Below, piece by piece: positions 52,392 through 62,482 of a stretch of 64,000 bases of DNA. A program made the position numbers and the translations under genes. Position 1 is the first letter of the stretch, and every line of letters starts with the position of its first letter. Under the pieces are notes generated by a model that was given only the letters and a program-made list of their open reading frames with translations, ran no database searches and had not been told where the DNA came from. Location of the stretch: assembly GCA_963795125.1 (NCBI GenBank), contig CAWCGQ010000001.1, positions 1,623,024-1,687,023 on the forward strand. The letters run 5' to 3'. The DNA comes from an uncultured Acidimicrobiia bacterium (lineage in GTDB: Bacteria > Acidobacteriota > Vicinamibacteria > Vicinamibacterales > UBA2999).

Positions 52392-55275
52392 ATGAAACTC
52401 CTGACCCGCCGCGTCATGATTCTGTTCTGGCTCGTCACGCTGACCGGCGCCACGGCGGAGTCCCAGGACTTCCGCGGCCGCATCAACGGAACCGTGAGCG
52501 ACAACACCGGAGCGGTCCTGCCCGGCGTGACGGTGAGCGCCACGAGCCCCGCGCTGATTCAGCCGCAGGTGCAGGTCTCGGGCGCCGACGGATCGTTTCG
52601 TTTTCTGGCGCTGCCGCCGGGCGTTTACGACGTCGGTTTCGAGCTCACCGGTTTCCAGAGCGTCAAACGCGAAGGGATCCGCGTGGTGATCAACCAGACG
52701 CTCACCGTCGACCAGCGCTTGAACGTCGCCACCCTGCAGGAGACGGTCACGGTGACCGGCGCGTCGCCGGTCGTCGATACCTCGACCACCGCAATGGGCA
52801 CCAACTTCACCAGGGAGCTGCTCACGGAAATCCCCAACGCGCGCGACATCTGGGCGGCGATGTCGCAGGCGCCCGGCATGCAGATGACGGCCTACGACGT
52901 CGGCGGTTCGCACACCGGCACCCAGACCGGCTTCCTGACCTACGGATTCAGCGGACAGAATCAGACCAAGCTCGAAGGCATCGACACCACCGAAGGCCGC
53001 GACGCCAACGCCGGCTACTTCGACTTCGGCAGCTTCGAGGAGTTCCAGGTCGGCGGCGCCGGCAGCGACGCCACCAACTTTGCGCCCGGCGCCTCGATGA
53101 GCATCAGCGTCAAGTCGGGCGGCGATCGCTTCAGCGGCAACTGGTACAGCGACTACGAAAGCGACGCGACGATCAGCGACAACGTGCCCGCCAACCTGAC
53201 CCGCGCCAACACCCCGGACGACCACGGCTACTTCGTGCGCACCGCCCTGACCCGCGGCAATCCGATCGATCGGCAGTACGACCTCAACTGGAATGTGGGC
53301 GGCCCGCTGTGGAAGCAGAAGGCCTGGTTCTTCACCAGCTGGCGCCTCAACGATCAATACAAGCAAACCCTGGGGTTCGACGAGCTGGCGCGCTCCAAGC
53401 TGTCCAACAAATACACCTTCAAGGGCACGTTCCAGGTGGGCGCCACCAACCAGATCATCGGCTTCCTGAACAAGCGCGAAAAGCTGCAGGACAAGCGCGG
53501 CCTCGACGCCGAACACGCCGCTGTCGGCGGCGCACTACCAGTCGTCGCGCAACTATCCGTGGAAGGTCGAATGGACCAGCGTGCTCGGCAACCGCGCCTT
53601 CCTCGACGTGATCTACGCCAACTGGTACAACTTCTTCCCGCTGCGGCCGACCCGCGATTTCGGCCTGTATGACGGCCCGTGGGGACCGGGCCGCACCGAC
53701 ACCGCCACCGGCGCGTTCTACGACGGCGGCGCCAATTCCAGCTATCAGGATCAGAAGCGCTACAAACCGCAGGTCTACGCCTCACTGGCGTATTTCAAGG
53801 ACGGCTGGAAAGGCACCCACGACTTCAAGTTCGGCTACGACTGGAAACGCGATCGCCGCAATCTGTTCAACGATCAGCCCTTCGACATCTTCTACCGCGA
53901 CACCAACGGCGCCACCAACCAGCTCGACCTCTACAACACGCCCACCTCGCCGACCAACGACGTCGTCTATAACAGCGGGTGGCTCAGCGATACGTGGAAA
54001 GTCAGCGAGCGCATCACGCTCAATCTCGGCGTCCGGGTCGAGCGCTATCGCGACGGCTGGCAGGACCAGGAGTTTGTGCCCAACGGCCACCCGGTGCTCG
54101 CCAACTGGAACGACGCCACCTACCGCGCGTTTGTGGCGCCGCGCACCGTCGAGGCGCGCACGGTGTCGCAGACCGTGGACGTCGCGCCACGCGCCGGGCT
54201 CGCCTACAACTTCGGCGGCGACCACAACACCGTGCTGAAGGTGTTCTGGGGCCGGTTCACCTTCAACTCGGCCGACCTGCTCGCCGATCAGGAAAACCCG
54301 GTCGGCCGCGCGCAATTGCGTTACGCCTTCAACGACCTGAACGGCAACCGGCTGCTCGACGGCCCGCAGGAACTCGGGCGGTTGATCTCGACCCAGGGCG
54401 GCGGCGGCTTCGTCCGCATCGATCGCGACCTCAACCGGCCGACCGCGCAGGAACTCTCCGTGAACCTCGAACGCGAGATCGTGCCGGCGCTGTCGGGCCG
54501 CGTATCGTGGGTCTACAAGAACATGCGCAACGTCTGGGGCGAGGTCGACGCCCTGCGCACGCCCGCCTACACCGTGCCGTTCACCATCGCCGATCGCGGT
54601 CCCGACAACATCGCGGGCACCGCGGACGATCGGCGACTCGACACCTTCGATCGCCCCGCGGCGATCGGTTCGGACCGGGTCTATACCAATCCGGACAACA
54701 ACAAGGCCGACTTCCAGACGGTCGAACTCGCGCTCAATCGCCGATTCACCAACCGGTGGATGCTGCTGACGTCGTTCGGGTACACGTGGCTCAACCAGAT
54801 ACACGCCTCGTCGACGACGGTGTCCTCGGGTAATGGCCAGACGTTCAGCTACCGGCCCGCCGATTTACTGTTCGGCGACAACGGTTACGAAACGTCGACG
54901 CTGTGGAACTACAAGGTGATTGGCCGCTATACGCTGCCGTTCGATGTCGGCATGTCCGGATCGTGGAAAGTGCAGAGCGGCGGCAACTGGGGCCGCTCGC
55001 TGAGCGTGGCGTTTCCGGGAGACGGCACGCGCACCGTTCGAGTCGAGCCGGTCACGAGCAATCGCGGCGAGACGGTCCAGATACTCGACCTTCGCTTCGA
55101 CAAGAGCCTGCGGTTCAGCGGATCAAGGCGGTTGACGCTGATGGTCGACACCTTCAACCTGACCAATGCGGGAACGGTGACGACCTTCCGCAATGCCACC
55201 GGCGCCACCTTCAAGGAGGTCACGGCGCTGCTCGATCCACGTATCGTGCGGTTCGGGGTCAGGGTCGACTTTTAG
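52392..55275 (+). CDS. TonB-dependent receptor B (CarboxypepD_reg plus plug plus barrel); one frame break near 53511..53515
   Basis: MKLLTRRVMILFWLVTLTGATAESQDFRGRINGTVSD; LQETVTVTGASPVVDT; ends ..RIVRFGVRVDF. After KRGLDAE the frame switches to TPLSAAHYQSSRNYPWKVEW. Confidence 0.9.
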
Positions 55276-55340
55276 ACAGCCGACCGCCGCACGTCCCGGG
55301 CGTTCGCGGACGGCTTTCCGTTTTTTCGATCCATCCAATT

Positions 55341-55370
55341 GGGGCCGGCGCCGACGCCGGCTCCTTTTTT
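55341..55370 (+). terminator. Rho-independent terminator after receptor B
   Basis: GCCGGCG, CCGA loop, CGCCGGC, then TCCTTTTTT. A weaker hairpin plus T-run lies just upstream (55296..55327). Confidence 0.7.
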
Positions 55371-55447
55371 CGTCACCGTCGTCCTCATTCCCTCCGAAAA
55401 CGGCCTGGTTTTCACGGGTTGCGCGGTGTTGCAATCGAGCACGTCGC

Positions 55448-55476
55448 TTGCATTAGCGAGTCACTGGAACTACCAT
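55448..55476 (+). promoter_or_regulatory. Possible sigma70-type promoter for receptor C
   Basis: TTGCAT (55448..53), a 17-nt spacer, then TACCAT (55471..76), about 100 nt upstream of the ATG at 55575. This is a motif match only. Confidence 0.25.
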
Positions 55477-55574
55477 CCCTCGGGCACGTGTGCGCTCAGC
55501 CCACTTCGGGACGAGTGTGTACGCGACTCTGTGTTTTGCGTTAACTCTCTGAGTTTTGGTTGGAGGACGAATAA

Positions 55575-58527
55575 ATGAGGCTGAACAGGCTGACCGTGCT
55601 TTGCCTGTGCGTAACGCTGCTTGCGATGGCAGCGCCCACATTCGCACAGGAATTCCGCGGTCGTATCAATGGTGTCGTCACGGACAACACCGGCGCCGTG
55701 TTGCCAGGTGTCACGGTAACCGCTTCAAGCCCTGCGTTGATTCAACCGCAGGTCCAGGTCACCGGCGGCGATGGCGGCTTCCGCTTCCTCGCACTGCCCC
55801 CCGGCGTCTACAGCATCGACTTCGAGCTGGCCGGCTTCAACTCCGTCAAGCGCCAGGACGTCCGCGTCGTCATCAACCAGACGCTGACCGTCGACATGCA
55901 ACTGCAGGTCGCGACGCTGCAGGAAACCGTCACCGTGACCGGCGCCTCGCCGATCGTCGATACCTCGACGACCGCGATGGGCACCAACTTCACGAAGGAA
56001 CTGCTGACCGAAATCCCGAACGCGCGCGACGTGTGGGCCGCGATGGCCCAGGCGCCCGGCATCCAGATGGCCGTGTTCGACGTCGGCGGCTCCAACACCG
56101 GCAACCAGTCGGGCTATCGCTCGTATGGATTCGACACGCAGAACCAGACCCGCGTTGAGGGTATCGACACCACCGAAGGCACGGCCGCCAACGCCGGCTA
56201 CTTCGACTTCGGCAGCTTCGAAGAATTCCAGGTCGGCGGCGCCGGCGCGGACGCGGGCGCCTTCGCCGGCGGCGCGGTGCTCAGCATCAGCGTCAAGTCG
56301 GGCGGCGATCGCTTCACCGGCACCTGGTACAGCGACTACGTCGGCGAGAAGTTCCTGGCCGACAACGTGCCGGAGCTTCCTGACCACCCCCAACACCCCG
56401 AACAGCGACGGCATGTTCTCGCGCAACGGCCTCTGCTTCGATCGCCTCGGCGAGACGATCTGCAAGGGCAACGCGACCAAGAAGCAATACGACCTCAACG
56501 GCGACGTTGGCGGCCCGCTGTGGAAGCAGAAGGCGTGGTTCTTCACCAGCTGGCGCCTCAACGACAAGTACGAGTACATCACCGGCCTCGGCGACACCAC
56601 GCAGCGCTCGAAGCTCGGTAACAAGTACACGTTCAAGGGCACGTTCCAGATCGGCAAGTCGACCCAGATCATCGGCTTCCTGAACAAGCGCGAAAAACTG
56701 CAGGACAAGCGCGGCATCAGCCTGACGATTCCGCTCTCGGCGGCGTACTACCAGAGCTCGCGCAACTACCCGATGAAAGTCGAAGTGACGCGCGTGATCG
56801 GCAGCCGCGCGTTCCTCGATATCCTCGCCGGCGAGTGGTACAACTTCTTCCCGCTGCGTCCGGTTCGCGACTTCGGCCTCTACGACGGCCCCTGGACGCC
56901 GCCACGCATCGACACCGCCACCAACGTTCGCTCGGCGACCGGCGGCAACAACGGCTACCAGGATCAGAAGCGCTACAAGCCCCAGTTCTACACCACGCTC
57001 TCCTACTTCAAGGATGGCTGGAAGGGCTCGCACGACTTCCGCACCGGCTTCGACTGGAAGCGCGACCGCCGCAGCCTCTTCAACGACCAGCCGTTCGACG
57101 TCGATTACCGCGACAACAACGGCAACCTGAGCGCGGTCGACATCTACAACTCGTCGGTCACCGGCATCAACGACGTCGTCTACACCGCCGGCTGGATCAA
57201 CGACACCTGGAAGGTCGCCAACCGCCTGACCTTGAACCTGGGCGTGCGCGTCGAGAACTACAAGGACGAGTGGCCCGATCAGACGCTGCAGCCCAACGGC
57301 CTGCCGGCGCTGGCGAACTCGACCGATGCGCGTTACCTGAACCTGGTAAGCAAAAAGGACGTGAGCGCCACGACCGTGTCCGACACCCTGACGCTGTCGC
57401 CGAAGGTCGGTTTTGCGTATGACCTCACCGGCGACAACCGCACGGTGATCAAGGGCTTCGTCGGCCAGTCGCGCTGGAACTCCGCCGACCAGCTGGCGGA
57501 TCTCGAGAACCCGGTGGGTCTGGCGTTCCTGCGCTACGCCTTCGTGTCGTGCTCCGCCACGGTCACGACCAACTGCGACCTGAATGGCGATCGTCTCGTG
57601 AGCTCGCCGGCAGAACTGGGCGCGTTCCAGCAGTCGGGCGGCGGCGGCGGCTTCGTGACGGTCGACCGCGGTCTGGTGCGTCCGACCAGCAACGAGATCT
57701 CGCTCAACGTCGAGCGAGAGATCAAGACCGGGCTCTCGGGCCGCGCGTCGTGGGTCTACAAGAACATGCGCAACGTGTGGGGTGAAGTCAACACCGCGCG
57801 CGTCAACAACTACACCGTGCCGTTCACCATCACCGACCCAGGTGTCGATCGCGTCGTCGGCACGGCCGACGACCAGACGTTCCAGACCCGTGCGCTGCCG
57901 CTCAACGCCGGCATTGGTGATACCCGCGTGATGACCAACCTCGGCAAGGAAGGCAACGCCGACTTCAATACCGCGGAGTTCGCGCTCAACCGCCGCTTCT
58001 CCGGCAAGTGGATGATGCTCACCTCGTTCGGCTACACCTGGTCGAAGATGGCGCACACCGCGGCCGGCGCGCGCCCGGGCACGACGGCGGTGATCTACCG
58101 TCCGTTCGATCAGATCTGGGGCGACGGCGGCATCGAAACCGACACCCTGTGGAACTACAAGGTAATCGGCCGCTACGTGCTGCCGTACGAAATCGGCTTC
58201 TCGGGATCGTGGAAGGTGCAAAGCGGCTTCAACTACGCGCGCACCATCAGCGTGACGATGCCGGTCGAAGGCGCGCGCACGATTCGCGTCGAGCCGATTG
58301 ACGCCAACCGTTATCCGACGGTCGGCATCCTCGACTTCCGCCTTGATAAGACGGTTGAGTTCGGCAGGTTCGGCAAGGTGACGCCGATGCTCGACGTCTT
58401 CAACATCCTGAATTCGGGCGTGCCGACGACGGTGCGCACGACCAACACCGCCACGGCGCCGTTCAACGAAGTGACCGCGATCCTGAACCCGCGCGTCATC
58501 CGTTTCGGCTTCCGCTACAACTTCTAG
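55575..58527 (+). CDS. TonB-dependent receptor C, tandem paralogue of B; one frame break near 56371..56375
   Basis: MRLNRLTVLCLCVTLLAMAAPTFAQEFRGRINGVVTD. Collinear with B throughout (for example GGPLWKQKAWFFTSWRLND, IIGFLNKREKLQDKRG, WYNFFPLRP). Ends ..RVIRFGFRYNF. Confidence 0.9.
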
Positions 58528-58535
58528 CAACGGCA

Positions 58536-58578
58536 GGGGCGGGCTCGGGATACTTCCCCAGCCCGCCCTTGGTTTGTA
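58536..58578 (+). terminator. Rho-independent terminator after receptor C
   Basis: GGGCGGGCT..GGGA TACT TCCC..AGCCCGCCC followed by TTGGTTTGT. Confidence 0.7.
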
Positions 58579-58588
58579 CAGGCCCACA

Positions 58589-58660
58589 GGCTAGCGGGCT
58601 AGCAGGCTAGCGGGCTAGCAGGCTAGCAGGCTGGCGGGCTAGCGGGCTAGCGGGCTAGCC
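58589..58660. repeat. Nine tandem 8-nt units GGCTAGCN (R3) in the leader/promoter region of the following gene
   Basis: GGCTAGCG GGCTAGCA GGCTAGCG GGCTAGCA GGCTAGCA GGCTGGCG GGCTAGCG GGCTAGCG GGCTAGCC. Each unit carries the GCTAGC palindrome, so the array is self-complementary. TAG occurs in all three frames on both strands. The array ends 19 nt before the ATG at 58680. Confidence 0.9.
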
Positions 58661-58679
58661 TCTGATACTCTTCATTTCG

Positions 58680-61600
58680 ATGCGCCGCGGCTCGTTCCTC
58701 CTTCTCTTCGCAATTTCCGGCGCCGCAGCCCTCATCTACGAAGTCGTCTGGACGCGGCTGCTCACGCTGCACATGGGCCACGGACTCGCGGCGGCGAGCG
58801 CGGTGCTGGCGGCGTTCATGGGCGGACTGGCCGCCGGCGCCGGCGCGGCCGGGCGCATCGCCGACCGCTTGCCGCCACGCCGCGCACTGCACATCTACGC
58901 CGTGCTCGAACTCGCAGTCGGCGCGCTCGCGCTGGTGCTGCCGCTGGCCTTGATCGCGGTGCGGCCGTTGCTCGAATGGGCCTATGCCGACGGCAACGGC
59001 GGAAGCACGTTCGCCTTCGTGCGGCTGTCGACGAGCGTCGTGCTCCTCAGTGTGCCGGCGGCCTGCATGGGGGCGACGTTCCCGATCGCCGCGCGGTGGA
59101 TCGTGCGACGCGCGTCGACCGCCGGCCGTGACGCCGGCGGCTTGTACGCCGCGAACACGCTCGGCGCGGCCGCCGGCGCGATCCTCGCGGGCTTTTTGTT
59201 GATTCCCACGCTCGGCCTCGAGGGTGCGACGTTCATCGGGGTGGCGCTGAATGTGGTTGCCGCCGCGGGCGCGTGGATGATCGCCCGCGCGGCCGTGGCA
59301 CCTGCGGAGGCGGGAACCGGGAACCGGGAGCCGGGAGCCGGGAACCGGGAGGCAGGAGCCGGAAGCCGAAAAGGCCAGCGTTCCTCCGTCTCCCCACTCC
59401 CGGCTCCCGGTTCCCCGCTCCCGGTTCCCGGTTCCCATCCCTGGCTCGCCGCGGGAGCGCTCGGCGTCAGCGGCTTCGCCTCGCTGACCCTGCAAGTGGT
59501 GTGGACGCGTCTGCTGGTGCAGATCCTCGGCCCGACGACCTACGCCTTCAGCACCGTCGTCGCCATCTTCATCATCGGCATTGCGATTGGCGCGGCCGTC
59601 GCATCACGCATGGTCACGAGGATGCGCCGCCCCTCGGTCGGGCTCGCCGGTTCGATGCTGTTGAGCGCGGCGCTGGCGCTGGCGGCCGCGTCGGCAGTGG
59701 ACTGGGCAATGTTGTCACTCGGCGGGGTGGTGTCTCGTCCCGACCTTCAGTTCATGGATGTCCTGGGACGCCAGGTGCTGCTGGTCTCGGTCATGCTGGT
59801 GCCGATGACCATCGCGTTCGGTGCGGCGTTTCCATTCGCCGTCGCCGTCGCCGGCGGAGGCGAGGAGCGCATGTCCCAAAGCCTCGGCCTGATCTACGCG
59901 ATCAACACGCTCGGCGCCATCCTCGGCTCGCTGCTCGCCGGCTTCGTGCTGGTGCCGCTGATCGGCCTGCACACCACCATCCGGATCGTCGCGGCGATCT
60001 CGGCGGTGGCGGCGATCGCCATCCTGGCGGCTACGCCGCGCGGCCGCGGGCAGGCGGCGGGCTTTGCCGTCGCCGTCGTGGTGCTGATGGCGGCCGCGAT
60101 GGTGCCGGAGTGGAATCGCTCGCTGCTCTCGAGCGGCGCCTACAAGTACGCAATCGCCATGCGGGGCGCCAATCTCGAGACCGCGCTCACGGCGGGCGAT
60201 CTGCTGTCGTACCGCGAAGGATCGACCGGTACCGTGACCGTTCGCCGGCTCACCGGTACCCTGTCGCTCGCGATCGACGGCAAGGTCGACGCCTCCAACT
60301 CCGGCGACATGTTGACGCAGCGCCTGCTCGCGCACCTGCCGTTGCTGCTCCACCCCGACCCCCGGCGCGTGGCAATCATCGGCCTGGGCAGCGGCGTCAC
60401 GCTTGGCTCCGCGCTCACCCATCCGCTGACCGACGCCACCGTCCTCGAAATCTCACCCGAGGTGGTCGACGCGTCGAAGTTCTTCGAGGTTGAGAACCAC
60501 CGCGCCCTCGCCGACCCGCGCACGCGGTTGATCGTCGGTGACGGCCGCACCCACTTGATGCTCGGCCGCCAGACCTACGACGTGATCGTGTCGGAGCCAT
60601 CCAATCCCTGGATGGCCGGCATCGCCTCGCTCTTCACGCGCGAGTTCTTCGAGGGCGCGCGCGACCGGCTGGCCCCGGGCGGGGTGCTCTGTCAGTGGGC
60701 GCACACCTATGACATCAGCAATCGCGACCTGAAATCGATCGTCGCCACCTTCCTGTCGGTGTTTCCGAACGGCACGCTGTGGCTGGTCGGTGATGCCGAC
60801 GTGCTGCTGGTGGGATCGACCGAGCCGCTCGACGCGCGCATCGGCGGTCTCGCGCGCGCCATGCAGCGGCCCGGCGTGGCGGCCGATCTCGCCACCGTCG
60901 GGGTCACCGGGCCCTTCGCGGTGACGTCGCTGTTCATGTCGCAGGGCGATGCGCTCAAGGCCTGGGCCAATGGCGCGCCGTTACAGACCGACGATCGATC
61001 GGCGCTCGAGTTTTCGGGGCCGCGCAGCATTTTCGGCGCGTCGCGCGACGATAACGCCGCGGCCCTGCGCGAGCTCGCCGCCGCGAGCCCGCAGCCGGCC
61101 GCCGTCGCATCGGCGCTCGCCGCTGCCACCGCCGCCGATTGGCGCGATCGCGGGTTGATGCTGCTCAAAGCCGACGCGGTCCAGCCCGCCTACGACGACC
61201 TGGCCCGCTCGCTCGACGCCAACCCACACGACACCGCCGCGCTCGACGGCCTGCTGCGCGCCGCCGTGTCGCTGCGCAAGATCATCGAAGTCGAACGGTT
61301 CCTGACGCAACTGGCGGCCGTACCCGCAAATACCGCGGCGAAACTCGCCCTCTCCCGCTGGCTCGCGTCGCAGGGAAACATGGAAGCGGCCACGCGGATT
61401 TCACTGGAAGTCCTGCAGGCGAACCCCGCCGATGTGGCCGCCCTCGAACAAATGGCCTCCATCCTGTCCGATGTCGGGGACACCGGCCGTCTCGAGCCGG
61501 TGGTCCAGCGCCTCGTGAAGGAGGCGCCGAAGGGCACCTGGACGCACTATTACGTCAGCTCGCTCTTTTTCCAGCAGGGCCGACTCGACATGGCGCTGCA

Positions 61601-61880
61601 GGCGGCCAGAAATGCCGTCAGCCTCGACCCCGCCAATGCCAAGGCTCATAACCTGGTCGGGGCCGCACTGGCGTCGATGGGAAATATCGACGCCGCCCGG
61701 GTGGCCTTCGAAGCCTCGATCAAGGTCGATCCGAGAGATCCGGGCACCTACACCAACCTGGCCACCCTCGAGTTGCAGTCGGGTAATCGCGACAGCGCCC
61801 GCAAATACTTCACCGAAGCCCTGACCATCGACCCGTCGTCGCAGGCCGCGCGCGACGGTCTTGCGTTGCTCGACCCCTGA
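58680..61880 (+). CDS. Fused polytopic membrane domain / spermidine-synthase-like domain / C-terminal TPR protein (fused MFS-spermidine synthase type)
   Basis: The membrane half has the repeated motif ALIYEVVWTRLL / LTLQVVWTRLL. SpeE-like: RRVAIIGLGSGVTLG..VLEISPEVV..VGDGR..YDVIVSEPSNPW. TPR helices in the last ~230 aa: AKAHNLVGAALASMGNIDAARVAFEASIKVDPRDP. Confidence 0.85.
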   Translation: MRRGSFLLLFAISGAAALIYEVVWTRLLTLHMGHGLAAASAVLAAFMGGLAAGAGAAGRIADRLPPRRALHIYAVLELAVGALALVLPLALIAVRPLLEWAYADGNGGSTFAFVRLSTSVVLLSVPAACMGATFPIAARWIVRRASTAGRDAGGLYAANTLGAAAGAILAGFLLIPTLGLEGATFIGVALNVVAAAGAWMIARAAVAPAEAGTGNREPGAGNREAGAGSRKGQRSSVSPLPAPGSPLPVPGSHPWLAAGALGVSGFASLTLQVVWTRLLVQILGPTTYAFSTVVAIFIIGIAIGAAVASRMVTRMRRPSVGLAGSMLLSAALALAAASAVDWAMLSLGGVVSRPDLQFMDVLGRQVLLVSVMLVPMTIAFGAAFPFAVAVAGGGEERMSQSLGLIYAINTLGAILGSLLAGFVLVPLIGLHTTIRIVAAISAVAAIAILAATPRGRGQAAGFAVAVVVLMAAAMVPEWNRSLLSSGAYKYAIAMRGANLETALTAGDLLSYREGSTGTVTVRRLTGTLSLAIDGKVDASNSGDMLTQRLLAHLPLLLHPDPRRVAIIGLGSGVTLGSALTHPLTDATVLEISPEVVDASKFFEVENHRALADPRTRLIVGDGRTHLMLGRQTYDVIVSEPSNPWMAGIASLFTREFFEGARDRLAPGGVLCQWAHTYDISNRDLKSIVATFLSVFPNGTLWLVGDADVLLVGSTEPLDARIGGLARAMQRPGVAADLATVGVTGPFAVTSLFMSQGDALKAWANGAPLQTDDRSALEFSGPRSIFGASRDDNAAALRELAAASPQPAAVASALAAATAADWRDRGLMLLKADAVQPAYDDLARSLDANPHDTAALDGLLRAAVSLRKIIEVERFLTQLAAVPANTAAKLALSRWLASQGNMEAATRISLEVLQANPADVAALEQMASILSDVGDTGRLEPVVQRLVKEAPKGTWTHYYVSSLFFQQGRLDMALQAARNAVSLDPANAKAHNLVGAALASMGNIDAARVAFEASIKVDPRDPGTYTNLATLELQSGNRDSARKYFTEALTIDPSSQAARDGLALLDP
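59312..59436. repeat. In-frame palindromic heptamer-array element (R4) inside the fused spermidine-synthase-like ORF
   Basis: Eight tandem heptamers GGGAACC/GGGAGCC (59312..59367) face GGTTCCC/GGCTCCC heptamers (59388..59436). The outer 20 bp are perfect inverted repeats (59312..59331 versus 59417..59436). Translated as GTGNREPGAGNREAGAGSRKGQRSSVSPLPAPGSPLPVPGS. Confidence 0.9.
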
Positions 61881-62181
61881 TCCTGCCCGATCGAAGCGGA
61901 GACTCCGGCGAACAAAAGTCTGACAATCTCGCGCTTCGGCGACCATTTCTGCGCCCGACCATCCGTCTGCTCGTCAAAACGAATTCAATCCACTGAAGAT
62001 CGAATCCAATGCTGCCGATTACGTGAGGGCGTCGCGTGGGCGTGCAGCCTCACATCGGTGTGGAAGAAGCGACACGTTCAGAGAGCGACCGTGGGACGAT
62101 GGTGCTATTCCACCTGCCGTACGGTCGGGGGCCTTCGCGGCACGAGACTTGCTGAGTGTCGGCGTCAAGGGGAACAATTCG

Positions 62182-62397
62182 ATGAGCGTCGTTCGCATAC
62201 TGGGGTTCTCGACGCTGTCGTGCGGGTGTGTCGTCGGACGTTACCGCGACATTGCCAGCACGCGCGAGGTCACTTACGTGGAAGAGAAGGGCGTCGGCTG
62301 CGAAAGCCACGCGCATCGCCGCAACCACACGGTTTCGGCCGAGCGCGAACGGTTTGCTGCCGTCGTCATGACCACGATGACCGCCCGAGCCTCCTGA
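62182..62397 (+). CDS. Small (71 aa) Cys/His-rich hypothetical protein
   Basis: AAGGGGA lies 8 nt upstream of the ATG. MSVVRILGFSTLSCGCVVGRYRDIASTREVTYVEEKGVGCESHAHRRNH.. contains CxC plus CxxHxH, a possible metal site. I do not recognise a family. Confidence 0.45.
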   Translation: MSVVRILGFSTLSCGCVVGRYRDIASTREVTYVEEKGVGCESHAHRRNHTVSAERERFAAVVMTTMTARAS

Positions 62398-62482
62398 GAC
62401 ACCGCCCCTTCCGGGCGCACCACGGCGACCGCTGGGCGCGCCGCCACGCGACGCGCGGAGGCGGGCGCGGTACAATTCGGCG

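Noticed and set aside
58589-58660. CRISPR array (also considered for 40110..40148 and 59312..59436)
   Set aside because: The units are 7-8 nt and directly abutting, with no unique spacers. No cas genes are present in the window.
61881-62181. A restriction endonuclease or other partner gene hidden next to the methyltransferase
   Set aside because: The only ORFs here are overlapping Arg-rich shadow frames (for example 62058..62576), with no motifs or RBS. The region is too short for a typical endonuclease.
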